Source: Octopus bimaculoides (taxonomy: Eukaryota). From it: a DNA stretch of 49,189 nt. Location of the stretch: assembly GCF_001194135.2 (NCBI RefSeq), contig NC_068999.1, positions 37,097,900-37,147,088 on the forward strand, written 5' to 3'. The position numbers were made by a program, and so were the translations under genes. Below, in pieces: positions 35,151 to 45,698 of the stretch (the stretch's first letter is position 1; each line of letters begins with the position of its first letter). Below the pieces are notes generated by a model. It worked only from the letters and a program-made list of their open reading frames with translations, was not told where the DNA came from and did not search any database.

Positions 35151-35193
35151 GACACCTGAAGAAGGCTGGAGGGTATACCAGCCGAAACGATGT
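35151..35193 (+). ncRNA. Hammerhead-like motif in the inverted pseudo-LTR (3' stem I strand truncated)
   Basis: GACAC-CTGAAGA-A-GGCTGG-AGGGTATA-CCAGCC-GAAA-C-GAT-GT, after which homology ends. Confidence 0.65.
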
Positions 35194-35688
35194 CAGTAAT
35201 TCTAATTTTGCTACCTCTGCAGTGGTTTCAGTGACTGCTTCTTTTGATGATGCTGTTGCATCAATGTTGCTGAAGTTGTAGTGTAAGTCTTTCTTAATTA
35301 TGTTTTCAGTTGCAGGTAGAAGGCCCTTGGTTGGTTGCTGGTGACACCTGAGCCTTTAATTCTTGATCACCTGAGGAGTTGAGTGCTGTTTAGCAATCTA
35401 TCTCATGAATGACTTTTCCTGGGTTTTTTTTTTTTGATCTCTGACAATTTTACTTTATGGAATCTCTTTTGATTTGTCTGAAATTTCTAGCAATTTCAAT
35501 GATCACTTATAGAAATGTTAAATAAACTGTGTACAGATATTGACTATTTTTTATGAATTGTTCTAGATATGCTAGTGTTGTAAAGTAATGTTTTAACTAA
35601 ATGAATGATGAACACTTATCTGTCTTAATGTACAGACATGAAATGTTGGCAAGTTTAATTAACATATTCCATGATCTTCTATTTAAAG

Positions 35689-35805
35689 CCAGCGATAAAT
35701 TTCTTAAGAGAGAATATGAAAGAAATTGTTTCCACCGTTGACAGTAACCTGACATTTAGTTTCTTTAAACTTCTCAATTGCCATTTTGAACCATTCCGTT
35801 TGGAT
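35689..35805 (+). CDS. DNAH1: Dynein heavy chain exon: PAINFLRENMKEIVSTVDSNLTFSFFKLLNCHFEPFRLD
   Basis: AAG acceptor, GTaagg donor, 117 nt, phase 0/0; homologous to the recalled ESISFVRSSVKEVIASTNCNLTMSLLKLL region. Confidence 0.88.
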
Positions 35806-36317
35806 GTAAGGAACACTTTTACTCATTTACTGTAATATTTTAGAGCAACTCTTTCTCTAACAACTGTTTATTTATTTATTCAATATTTAATATCATGTCA
35901 TTTACTTTATCACAGAGTTCTGTAAAGTTGTCTGCAAAGTATTTAGTAAATAATGGGAAAAGGGAATAAAGGAACGAAAAAATAATTATGCCTGTTTCAA
36001 ATTAAGGTAGTTTCGATGTGTTATTAATTGCTGTGAATGTATCTTGCTGTTGATGTACTGGTTTCCAGTTCATGGTACACACATTTACTGAGAAAATTTA
36101 TATTTGGCCTGAACACCCAGATGGCTTCAATTATTTATATAATGATGGGGTATAAATTACTATCAGTTTGATAGAAAGTTGAAAGACAAGTTAAATCTTG
36201 TGTTCTAAGTCAACAAGATAATTGTAACACAATAGAGATGTTATTTATTCTTTTAATGCCATAACTGTTGATTTTGCTAGTCTACCTTGTACAGTTATTC
36301 CATGAATTTTGTTGCAG

Positions 36318-36476
36318 GATCCAAAGACCAAACCTGTAGAATATCACAATTTTTTAAAGCAGCTGATTGAACCTTGGTTTTTCTTCTGCATGATCTGGAC
36401 TATTGGAGCAACTTGTGACCATGATGGCCGAGTTAAGTTTTCAGAATGGATTAGAGAACAAATGGATATTAATGAG
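36318..36476 (+). CDS. DNAH1: Dynein heavy chain exon: DPKTKPVEYHNFLKQLIEPWFFFCMIWTIGATCDHDGRVKFSEWIREQMDINE
   Basis: tgcAG/GTaaaa, 159 nt, phase 0/0; LIEPWF and IWTIGAT motifs. Confidence 0.93.
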
Positions 36477-36749
36477 GTAAAACATAATTTTAGCTTTTAT
36501 CTCAAATACTCAAAATATGTTGCAAAGTAGGATACATGATAACCTCTTGAATAATTTACTAAGTAATGCAAAAAGTATCCTCTCCAACGATTGACATGAT
36601 AGTATCATTGTAAACTGTTAGAAGGACAAAGGAGATGTATGAGAGAGAAAGCATTTTAGGGGCATTGAGTTACTGGCTGACGGTTGAAGGTCAAGTCCAG
36701 AACTTCAACTAAAGAGTGTAAAACCCACAGAATTGTCTTCCCTTACACA

Positions 36750-36806
36750 CACTTCCTGTTTTGACACCTCACTTCCTGTTTTGACACCTCACTTCTTGTT
36801 TAACAC
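36750..36806. repeat. 20-bp tandem repeat, about 3 copies
   Basis: Unit CACTTCCTGTTTTGACACCT. Confidence 0.85.
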
Positions 36807-37310
36807 ATAAACTCTCAGCCTTTTTTAAACACAACACCATTTTTAATTTCATGCATCCTAATCTATCTAACAATTGTCTACATATATTACCATTGAACTT
36901 TAAAAACTCAAAGACAATATAATGTATTGGTATATATTTTTTTTTTTTAATATTTTTTATATTTTTGTAAAAAACATTATTTTCATTCTCCCTCTTCTTG
37001 AAAATTTGCCATGTAATTAAAGCCGGTTAGAAATCCTTTTTAATCCTCCTTATGCACATTTATATTAAAATATGCTTTCAGTTTAGCATTCTGCCTTATT
37101 ATTNNNNNNNNNNNNNNNNNNNNNNNNNNNNNNNNNNNNNNNNNNNNNNNNNNNNNNNNNNNNNNNNNNNNNNNNNNNNNNNNNNNNNNNNNNNNNNNNN
37201 NNNNNNNNNNNNNNNNNNNNNNNNNNNNNNNNNNNNNNNNNNNNNNNNNNNNNNNNNNNNNNNNNNNNNNNNNNNNNNNNNNNNNNNNNNNNNNNNNNNN
37301 NNNNNNNNNN

Positions 37311-37341
<31 letters not shown>

Positions 37342-37579
37342 AATATATATATATATACAAATATATAAAAAAAGACTATGCTCATTATCATCTTAGCAGA
37401 ATATTAATATTTAGCAGAAGCAACACAGTGACTCAAGGGACAAGAGTTTGCATGTTAGCACTTACCAAACTTTGATAAGAGCTAACAAAAAAGAAAAATG
37501 TACATATACGTATATGCTCATGTTCTGAGTTCTATTTTTCCTGTTTGCATTGCCAACCTATATGTATGTATGTATGTAT

Positions 37580-37930
37580 AAGATGCCCCATCCCCTCACA
37601 AAATTCCTTGTCTTGCAAGTTCCTTGGTGACCCTGCCAGTGTTGGTGCCATGTAAAAGGCATTCAGTCCACACTGTAAAGTGGTTGGCATTTGGAAGGGC
37701 ATCCAGCTGAAAAATCTTACCAAAACTGACCTCACCCGTGCAGGTGTCATGCAAAAAGCATTCATTCCTCTTTGTGGAGTAGTTGGTGTTAGGAAGAAGT
37801 GCATCCAGCCATAAAGACCCTGCCAAAACAGACACAGTAGTCTGAGGTAGTCTTCTACCTAGCTGGCTTCTGTCAACCATCCTACCCATGCATTGACAAA
37901 GATAGATGTTAAATGATGATGATGATGATG
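37580..37930 (+). mobile_element. RTE-related 3' UTR repeat with duplicated core and (GAT)n tail
   Basis: Two GTGGTTGG/AGGGCATCCAGC-type cores (about 37680 and 37790) and a GAT tail. Confidence 0.7.
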
Positions 37931-37988
37931 TGTGTGTGTGTGTAGAAATTATAGTTGTAAATAATTTATATCTATATTATATTTTCAG

Positions 37989-38096
37989 ATTGAAATTAAA
38001 ATGCCTGATCCAGGATTAATATATGATTATAAGATTAATGATGGCTGTGAAAGTGATGATGTTGATGAAGATGAAGAAGAACCGAAAGATTTTGAA
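37989..38096 (+). CDS. DNAH1: Dynein heavy chain exon with acidic insert: IEIKMPDPGLIYDYKINDGCESDDVDEDEEEPKDFE
   Basis: ttcAG/GTgagt, 108 nt, phase 0/0; PxxGLxYDY plus acidic loop as recalled for DNAH1. Confidence 0.9.
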
Positions 38097-38336
38097 GTGA
38101 GTATTATATAGTACATTGAAAAATACTGTCACGAAATGTTAAACTGAATTCATAATATTGTTGTTGTTACTGTTATTGCAAAGATGGTGGTGGTGGTGGT
38201 TAGCATGGGGATTTGCTGTTGGTGGTGGAGCAAGGAGAGCAGCCAGTTTGGTCTGAATTGAATTATAGTACTAAGGTAGTTAGTTGCTTGATTGTGTCCC
38301 ACAATTACTTCAGATTTAACATGACTCTACTTAGTT

Positions 38337-38387
38337 ACAGGGGTCGTGTACAGGTGTTGTGTACAGGGGTCGTGTACAGGGGTCATG
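38337..38387. repeat. 13-bp tandem repeat, about 4 copies
   Basis: Unit ACAGGGGTCGTGT. Confidence 0.85.
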
Positions 38388-38904
38388 CTGTATGTTCAAC
38401 ACTGTCCTGTACGTTTCTGTGATTGTTGTTGCTTAATTGCAGGTCAACCATGACTGGGTTGACATATAATCAAAACATTTCACCTCATCCCATCTTACAT
38501 TGTATATATGTGTATATACTCATGTTCTGAGTATATACACATATATGTACATTTGTCCATCCCATCTCATATTGTATATGGTGTTGGTATCAGAACTGTG
38601 TATTTTCTTTATTAAGATGGTGGAGTATTGATAGGAATCTGGCTGCTATTTACAGCAGATTGAATGACCATATAAAAGGTCAGTTGTTGGCTCACCTGTA
38701 TATATTGATGGGAACAATGTAGACAAGTATGGTAGACTCTAATGAACCACTGTACAAGTTGACCCTGGTTGAGTAAATCCATGATCAAAGGTGTAATCAT
38801 CCCAACTTTTTCTGCCACTGTGTAACATGGATTGTGTTATCTAATTTGTCCTTTTTTTAATAGTAAGAAGGGATGATTAAAGGGAGTATGGATGCTATTT
38901 CTGA

Positions 38905-39000
38905 TATAAAGGTAGGCTGAAATGTTCATAGGCTGACAGAGATACTCTCATGGAATGTAACCAAATGAGGTTTATCTTTCAGCATAATCCCCACTGAGCC
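38905..39000. mobile_element. Possible mariner-type terminal fragment
   Basis: GTTCATAGGCTGAC..ATACTCTCATGGAATGTAACCAAATGAGGTTTAT resembles a recalled mariner end; not verifiable here. Confidence 0.35.
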
Positions 39001-39052
39001 AAGTGAAACCGTAGTCATGGCTGATGCCAGTGTTGAGTAACTGGTACCCATG

Positions 39053-39084
<32 letters not shown>

Positions 39085-39086
<2 letters not shown>

Positions 39087-39375
39087 TCGTTGTAGTCGTT
39101 TAATGTATGCTTTCCATGCTGGCATGGGTTGGATGGTTTGACTGTGGACAGGTAAGCCAGAAGGCTGCACCAGACTCCAATCTGACCTGGAAAAGTTTCT
39201 ACAGCTGGATGCCCTTCCTAACGCCAACCACTCCGAGATTGTAGTGGGTACCAATATGTGCCACCAGCACGAGACCCAGTCAGATGGTACTGGCAACGAC
39301 CATGCTCAAAAGGTGTTTTTTATGTGCCACCTGCATGGGAGCCAGTGTGGTAGCACTGGCCACGACCACACTTGA
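39085..39375 (-). mobile_element. RTE-related 3' UTR repeat
   Basis: Reverse complement of the 14.2-14.46 kb copy. Confidence 0.8.
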
Positions 39376-39417
39376 ATGTTGTAATGTTAACTATATTTGA
39401 ATTTTTCAAATTTATAG

Positions 39418-39558
39418 ATAAAATATGTCCACTGGAACCAAGGTCAACCAATTTTTACTACACCAGTTGATGCCAAGTTTGCAGACATCATTGTACCAAC
39501 TATAGACACTATTAGAAATTCATTTATATTAGATATGCTTCTGAAGAATACCAAAACG
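39418..39558 (+). CDS. DNAH1: Dynein heavy chain exon: IKYVHWNQGQPIFTTPVDAKFADIIVPTIDTIRNSFILDMLLKNTKT
   Basis: tatAG/GTtagt, 141 nt, phase 0/0; IIVPTIDT motif. Confidence 0.94.
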
Positions 39559-39859
39559 GTTAGTCATATTGCTTTTTACCATTCAAAATGCTTAATGATA
39601 TATTTTTTAAAATTTATGACATTGATTTAAAATCATGAATTTTCTCTTAGATAATATATTTGGAACAATATCAACTGAAACTCTGTGCTTTTCAACCTTA
39701 ACTTCTTCCATTGTGACAGAGAACAGCTTGTAGATAAACCTCAAAGAAATCTTATTAATTTACACAAGAAGCATTATCATTCAGAAAAATTTATTCTTGA
39801 GTTTAGTTTATTTTTGGAGGTGAAAACAGTTGCATCCAAGAAGAGTCACTGCAATCATT

Positions 39860-39862
<3 letters not shown>

Positions 39863-39914
<52 letters not shown>
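39863..39914. repeat. (AC)n microsatellite
   Basis: Direct reading. Confidence 0.98.
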
Positions 39915-39916
<2 letters not shown>

Positions 39917-40269
39917 TTATACTTGTTTTTGCATTTTTATTATTTTCTAATAATAATAATGTTATGAAGTATCAAAGTCTTCACCTGGTCAATATAATAT
40001 CATTTGTTTATTCATTTTACATTTGTCTTTCTATATTTTCATGGAGCTGCAGGAATACCTTATTTGAGGTATTGTTTCACAGCTAGATGTCCTTCCTGAC
40101 ACTAGTATATAACATCATCATTGTCGTCACCATCTCAATGTATCAGAAAGCAGTTGAGAATGTTGTGGGTAAGAAGTGTGTACAGAAAGATAATGGTACA
40201 CTTGCACTAAGTGATTCTGAAAAGAAAGAGATGAGGAAGTGCTATTAAGAAAGGCTACTTATATATGGA

Positions 40270-40470
40270 GAATGAATTGGAGAAAGAGAATCTTCCTAAT
40301 GTAAACCTGACAGAGGGTCCAACCATTTTTGTTTACAGCAGTGTTGTAGATAAAGCAATTGAGAATATGAAGACAAGGAAGGATTTCTGCTGAGATGCTT
40401 ACAATATCTAATGGACTGGGATATTGCACAGTCGTCTGTATAGTAAATCAGGTTTTACAGGAAGTTGTTT
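40270..40470 (+). mobile_element. RTE LINE RT N-terminal fragment
   Basis: TEGPTIFVYSSVVDKAIENMKT..ISAEMLTIS. Confidence 0.6.
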
Positions 40471-41929
40471 TGAGAACAGTTGGTCATTAGCAACCTAGCA
40501 TCTTACAAAGATGATAAATCATCGAAATATCATACGAGAACCTCTAAAACTTGCTAACCTTTCTTATAAGTCTCTTCTATTCAGAGACACAATTTCAACA
40601 CCTACTTTTTTTTCTTTTAATTACTGCAATAAGACATTTTTCTTCCCATTAGCAAGTATGAAAAAGTAACTCCTTAATCTAATTTAAACACAATTGCTTT
40701 CATAGCTGATACTCTACCACTGTTAGCAGTTCTGTAGGAATACTAAAGATTGCTAACAAGAATATAGTTTGATATTTAATGACATACTCTTCTTAAAGCT
40801 GTCCACGAGTTTTAAAGGATGCATGTGCAAACAATAACCTCACTAAAGTTTGACTTGCCAAATGTTTTATTAACTTGCATCATTATACTTATCATTGCAC
40901 ATAAATTAATGAATCAATTGTTCAATGAACATAACATTGCTGTATAATGTATTGAAATGAATCACTGCATATAATTAATGTGTTACACTGGACACGAAAA
41001 GTAAAGGTTGATGCTTTTTGCCAACTACCACATAAGCATGTTACTTAAAAGTAGAAAAGGAGGCAAGAGAATGACCCTTTGAGACAAGTGACTTAGATTC
41101 CCTTACTTAGCTTAGTGGTACTCTCTGTTCAGCATTTGAATTTGCTGGGAGAATAGGTGAGAGAGAGGTGATAAAACTATCATACAGTGCAAAGGCAATG
41201 TGATCCATATAAACCTGGGATGCCTAAAGTTAAATTCACTTGTCTACTCATCTCTGTTGGTGCAAACATTCTGAAATGTTTGGTAGGAAAACTTGCACAC
41301 TTCCTTTGAAGCTTGTCACCTCAATCATAGTAAATCAGCCATTGCTGATTAGTCAAGCCATATTTGCATAGGAATTCATATTCTTCATGGTGACGCTTTT
41401 CCTTTTATCAAATTGTGTGAGTTTGTAGTTTCTATAGACAGGGAAAATCTGAGAGCTATAGTTCAAATCTCAGCTTGGTGCCTTTCTACAACAGTTATGC
41501 AGTTTCTAAAGATTTAACAATGCAATCAACTTGTTATATTACTCTTATATAACTTGTACTTTTTTCTAGTTATTGAACTTTGCTTTAGATGAAGTAACAA
41601 ACTATTTTATGAACATCTCACTAGTTTTGTTTGACAATTCCTAAGAAGAATGAAATGTGGCTAACATTGCCATGAATCACTGCTGTGACAATGTTCATTT
41701 CACTTCAATAATGTAATGTGCTTTTTAACATATACTTATGAAGAGAATTTTTACTCATATAAAAACCAAAGCAGCATGCCTTTCAATGGTGTATATACAT
41801 TTACTCTGATACACAGATGGTTATTTTAATTTAATGCTGTTTCAGTTGTATTTATTGAGGATACACACAAACACACCCATATGTGTGTGTTTGTGTGCAG
41901 AAAACAGACTTCCTCCAATGTATGTATGA

Positions 41930-42579
41930 CAGAGAGTGTACATGATTTAAGAGAGAAATTAGTATATGAGGCATTAGATGTAGTGTGCAAGAGCAAAGTC
42001 TATGCAGGTTTGGTAATGTGATGCATATAGATGAGGACAGCTCCATCAAGAACTGCTAATCAGTAAGTGTAGAGGGAACCTGTTGAAGAGGTAGACCAAG
42101 GAAGATGTGAGATGAAAGTAGTAAGAAAGTATCTTCAGATGTTGGGTGTCACAGAGGTGACAAGTGACTGAGACTTCTGGTGGCTTACTGTCATTCAAAA
42201 GACACATGAAGCAGCTAATTAAAATCATGGCTGTCCTTGCAGACAGGCATATCCCCTATATCTCTCTTCAGCTGAGCAATTTTAATCTTGTGGGCTTGTA
42301 CATGTTAGATCTACGTAAAAACCACCCATGCTGTGCCACATGAAAGAACCAAAATGCCAATGCCATATAAAAGTGCACATGCTGGTGCTACATGAAAGCA
42401 CCCAGTCCACACTCTGTAAAGTGGTTGGCATTAAGAGGGGTATCCAGCTGTAGAAACCATACCAAAACAGACAAATTTAATCTAGGCAGCAGCTCTCCAG
42501 CTGGTCATCTCCTGTTAAACCATCCAACCCATTCCAGCAGGAAGAATGGATGTTAAAATATGATGATGATGATGATGAT
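41930..42579 (+). mobile_element. RTE LINE 3' end: degenerate ORF end, 3' UTR and (GAT)n tail
   Basis: SVHDLREKL..RFGNVMHIDEDS..VEGTC*RGRPRK, followed by the abundant GGAAGGGCATCCAGCTGT-type UTR and a GAT tail. Confidence 0.8.
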
Positions 42580-43853
42580 ATATACACATACACACACGCA
42601 CACACAACAGTTCTCTTTTCATCTATAAAAACTTCTCACAAGGTTTTAGTTTGCGTAGAACTATGGGAGAAAACAATTAACCTAAAGTACCATTCACTGG
42701 TACTGAACCCCAAACCATATGGAAACAAACTTACCAACCACACATCCATGCCTACCATTACAAAATATTAATAAACTAAATTTAAATATAATGATGTTTG
42801 TGTATCCTTTTTATCTTTGAGCTGCAGATATTCCCAAATTTATTGTATCACTTACTCTGCTGTTAGCATAGTGTAAATGTCTGTATGAGAACACTAGAGT
42901 CATAGAATACAATCAGCATCTCTCAGCCCATTTCCATACTGCTATTTTCTGGCAACCTTTCTCATCACTTATTATATTTCCCTGTGTCCCCATCTCTAAT
43001 CATCTGTTGCTCTCCTCTGAAACTTATGGAATTGCTCACCTTTCCATTCCAATCCCATTCTCTTTTTACTCACATTCTTGGATCTTGAGATGCTCTGGCA
43101 TCTCACCACTACTGGCGACTCCTTCGTCTTTTCAGCTACTTCCACCCACTTTTATTATATAATGTTGGGTAGCAGTGTTTTTGCTTTCTAGCAAGACCCC
43201 TGTATTTGTCCTTCGGTCATGCTTTAGCTTCCCAACATCTGGCACAAAGCCACCTTCCAAACAGTTAAATGCAACCCACTCCCTCAGTTGAAGGGTTTTC
43301 CCCTTCTTTTGTCTTGCAAGTTACTTGATGAGCTCACTAGAACTGGTGACTGGGAAAAAACAATGCATCTAGTGCACACTGTAAAGTGATTGGTGCTAAG
43401 AAGAGCAGCCAGGCATAGAAATCATGCCAAAGTCTACAATAGAACTTAAAAAAGTCTTGTGGTTTTACCAGATCCAGACAAACCATCCAGTTAATGCTAA
43501 CATGGAAAATGAACATTAAATGTTGAGCAGAATAAGGAAACATAACAAACACTGGTCTTACAAGAAATTGCAATTTTTGACAAGTGAATGGTAAATTGGT
43601 ATCAGATAGTTGAAGAGAAATTCAGGAAACCATTAGTACCCTTCCAGCATCAATACTGCAAAGCTTGCACGTGGTTAGAAAATTGTCAGTAGCATTGCGG
43701 ATACATGACCATTGATACCCGAAACAACATCTTGGTGGATAGGCAGACAGAGGATAAATACAGAATCATAATTCATATTATAATAGATTAGTTTAAGCTG
43801 GTGGGAAGATTAATGAAAATGGAAACATTGTACTCCATTATTTTGTATTTCAG

Positions 43854-44011
43854 GTTCTTTGTGTAGGACCAACAGGGACTGGTAAAACACTAACTATTGC
43901 TGATAAGTTAATCCATATGCCATCTAAATTCATCTCAGAGTTCATAGTGTTCTCTGCCAAAACTGGTTCTAATCAAACTCAAGACCTTATTGATGGCAAG
44001 CTAGATAAAAG
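43854..44011 (+). CDS. DNAH1: Dynein heavy chain exon, AAA3 Walker A: VLCVGPTGTGKTLTIADKLIHMPSKFISEFIVFSAKTGSNQTQDLIDGKLDK(R)
   Basis: ttcAG/GTaagt, 158 nt, phase 0/2; GPTGTGKT. Confidence 0.96.
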
Positions 44012-44253
44012 GTAAGTGCTATAAGTTTTGAAAATAATACATGCTCTGGAAAATTTCTTGGAAATAAAATAATATCAAATGGTATGGATAAACAGGATAT
44101 ATATTGGTAAAATTTCATTCCAGAAAGGTTTAGTTGAGTTCACTACAGATTGTCAGTTAAAGTGAAATAGAGGTAATGAATTTGAGAAGTAATGGTTCTT
44201 ACCACCTCAATCTGGTTGTTCTGCATACAACAATGTTATTACTCTTTTCAACT

Positions 44254-44409
44254 CCAGTTGGAAAACCTCCTCAAGCTGGTTAATGACACAAAATCTGTGT
44301 CCAGTGCTGGTCTTGTCACTGCTACATGGGAGTTGTTCACTCCTTTGCTTGCAATATACTTGGACACAAATATTGTGATGTTAACCAGCTTGAGGAGGTG
44401 TTCTCCTGG
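44254..44409. repeat. Long imperfect inverted repeat (hairpin)
   Basis: Perfect 19-mer ACCTCCTCAAGCTGGTTAA 44265-44283 pairs with 44381-44399; TGTGTCCA 44296-44303 pairs with 44361-44368. Confidence 0.85.
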
Positions 44410-45403
44410 TGTTAAAAAGAATAGAAAAACATTGTTCTGTGCAGAACAAACATGTCGAGGTAGTAACAACCATTACTTTTCAGTAGAGTCATTACTTACA
44501 TATCTTATAAAGATTTTAGAACTTGCAACTTTGCTTGTAATAATGAATTTATTTTATGTTAAAAGCTGAAAGAAGAAGCAAAAGCTTTGAGATGTTTTAG
44601 TAAGAGTGTTGCTGATGTAGTGTAACAGTTATTGGAAACTGGGCAATACAAATGCATCATGTAGAAATATATTGCAGAATACATGTCCTACATCTATACA
44701 TAGATACACATGCACAGACAAACAGACAGACATTTTATCAAACTATATCCTGTTTATGCATACCATTTGATATACTATTACCAAGAAATTTTCCAGAACA
44801 TGTGTGTGCGTGTGCGCATGCAAGCTGTCTCCTTTCTGCTCCTTAGAACTAGCCAGTATCAGGCAGCCTTCATTTAAGCCCTTCTGAATGCCTCACCTTT
44901 CATCCCCTATATTTATGTCTCTTCATCCCTAATTCTTGCATAAACCACTACATCCAGTCTCTTTCTTGCTGAGAATGTTATCCTTCAAGAATTCCCTTCC
45001 TGCTTATGATTCTCTTGAAATTAATGAGTTTAAATTTTTGGTTGGTCTTGGGATGGTCTGTGATAGCCATGCGCACAACAGTTTCTTCCTCCTGACCAAA
45101 CAAAAGAAAAGTTTAGTATTTGTAAAAATGGTGTAATAAGAATTTAATGTAGCCGAATGTAAATGTTGAAAGAATATAATTGATATCCATTTTTGTGTGT
45201 TCAGTATGGCTTATAGAAACTTTGTATTTGACTGAAGTTATATTGTGGTGAGTCAATAGAATGTTTTCCTAGAGACAAAAAATAGTCACATTTTCTGATA
45301 CTTGCTGCCATACGGTGTTCCTTATATTTTTTTTATAACTTGGTTTGTTCATTTATTTGTTTGTTGATTGGTTTTCTTTCTCTTGGTGTTTCTCCAGTGG
45401 GTT

Positions 45404-45698
45404 CCATTAATAAAAACACACACACACGCACACACACACACGCACGCACACACACACACACACACACACGATCTTTCACTTCTTTTATTATTAGTAGTCA
45501 ATTGGTAAAAGTTTCACTAGTTAACTAATTGATTGTTTGGTTAATCAATTAATCAGCTCGGTTTGTCAAGGTCATTTTGTCGCTATTCATTGATTGACTA
45601 AAAAAATTAATGAAACAATTAATTAAATGGTTAAATGTTAACAAATTGACTAGAATAATAAAAGAAGTGAAACAGAACCTGTGTGTGTTTGTTAATGG
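45404..45698. mobile_element. Palindromic MITE-like fold-back
   Basis: TTTCACTTCTTTTATTATT..TAGTCAATT (45474-45506) is inverted at 45640-45672; outer CCATTAA..ACACAC arms also pair. Confidence 0.7.

Larger units (their letters stand above)
33590..35193 (-). mobile_element. Penelope-like retroelement, truncated/internally deleted, with inverted pseudo-LTRs
   Basis: Minus-strand GIY-YIG ORF plus RT-thumb remnant (CLKDRAKNIS...EMIKLSNNLL; LPYVKGLSEKI). The 304-bp inverted repeats 33638-33941 and 34890-35193 differ at 13 positions by my count, with no indels. Confidence 0.9.

Noticed and set aside
41000-41480. Possible mariner transposase relic
   Set aside because: Only a vague YSP-like match; insufficient evidence.
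44192-44569. 125-aa plus-strand ORF in an intron
   Set aside because: No recognisable domain; the mirrored LLKLVN peptides on both strands are explained by the inverted repeat.
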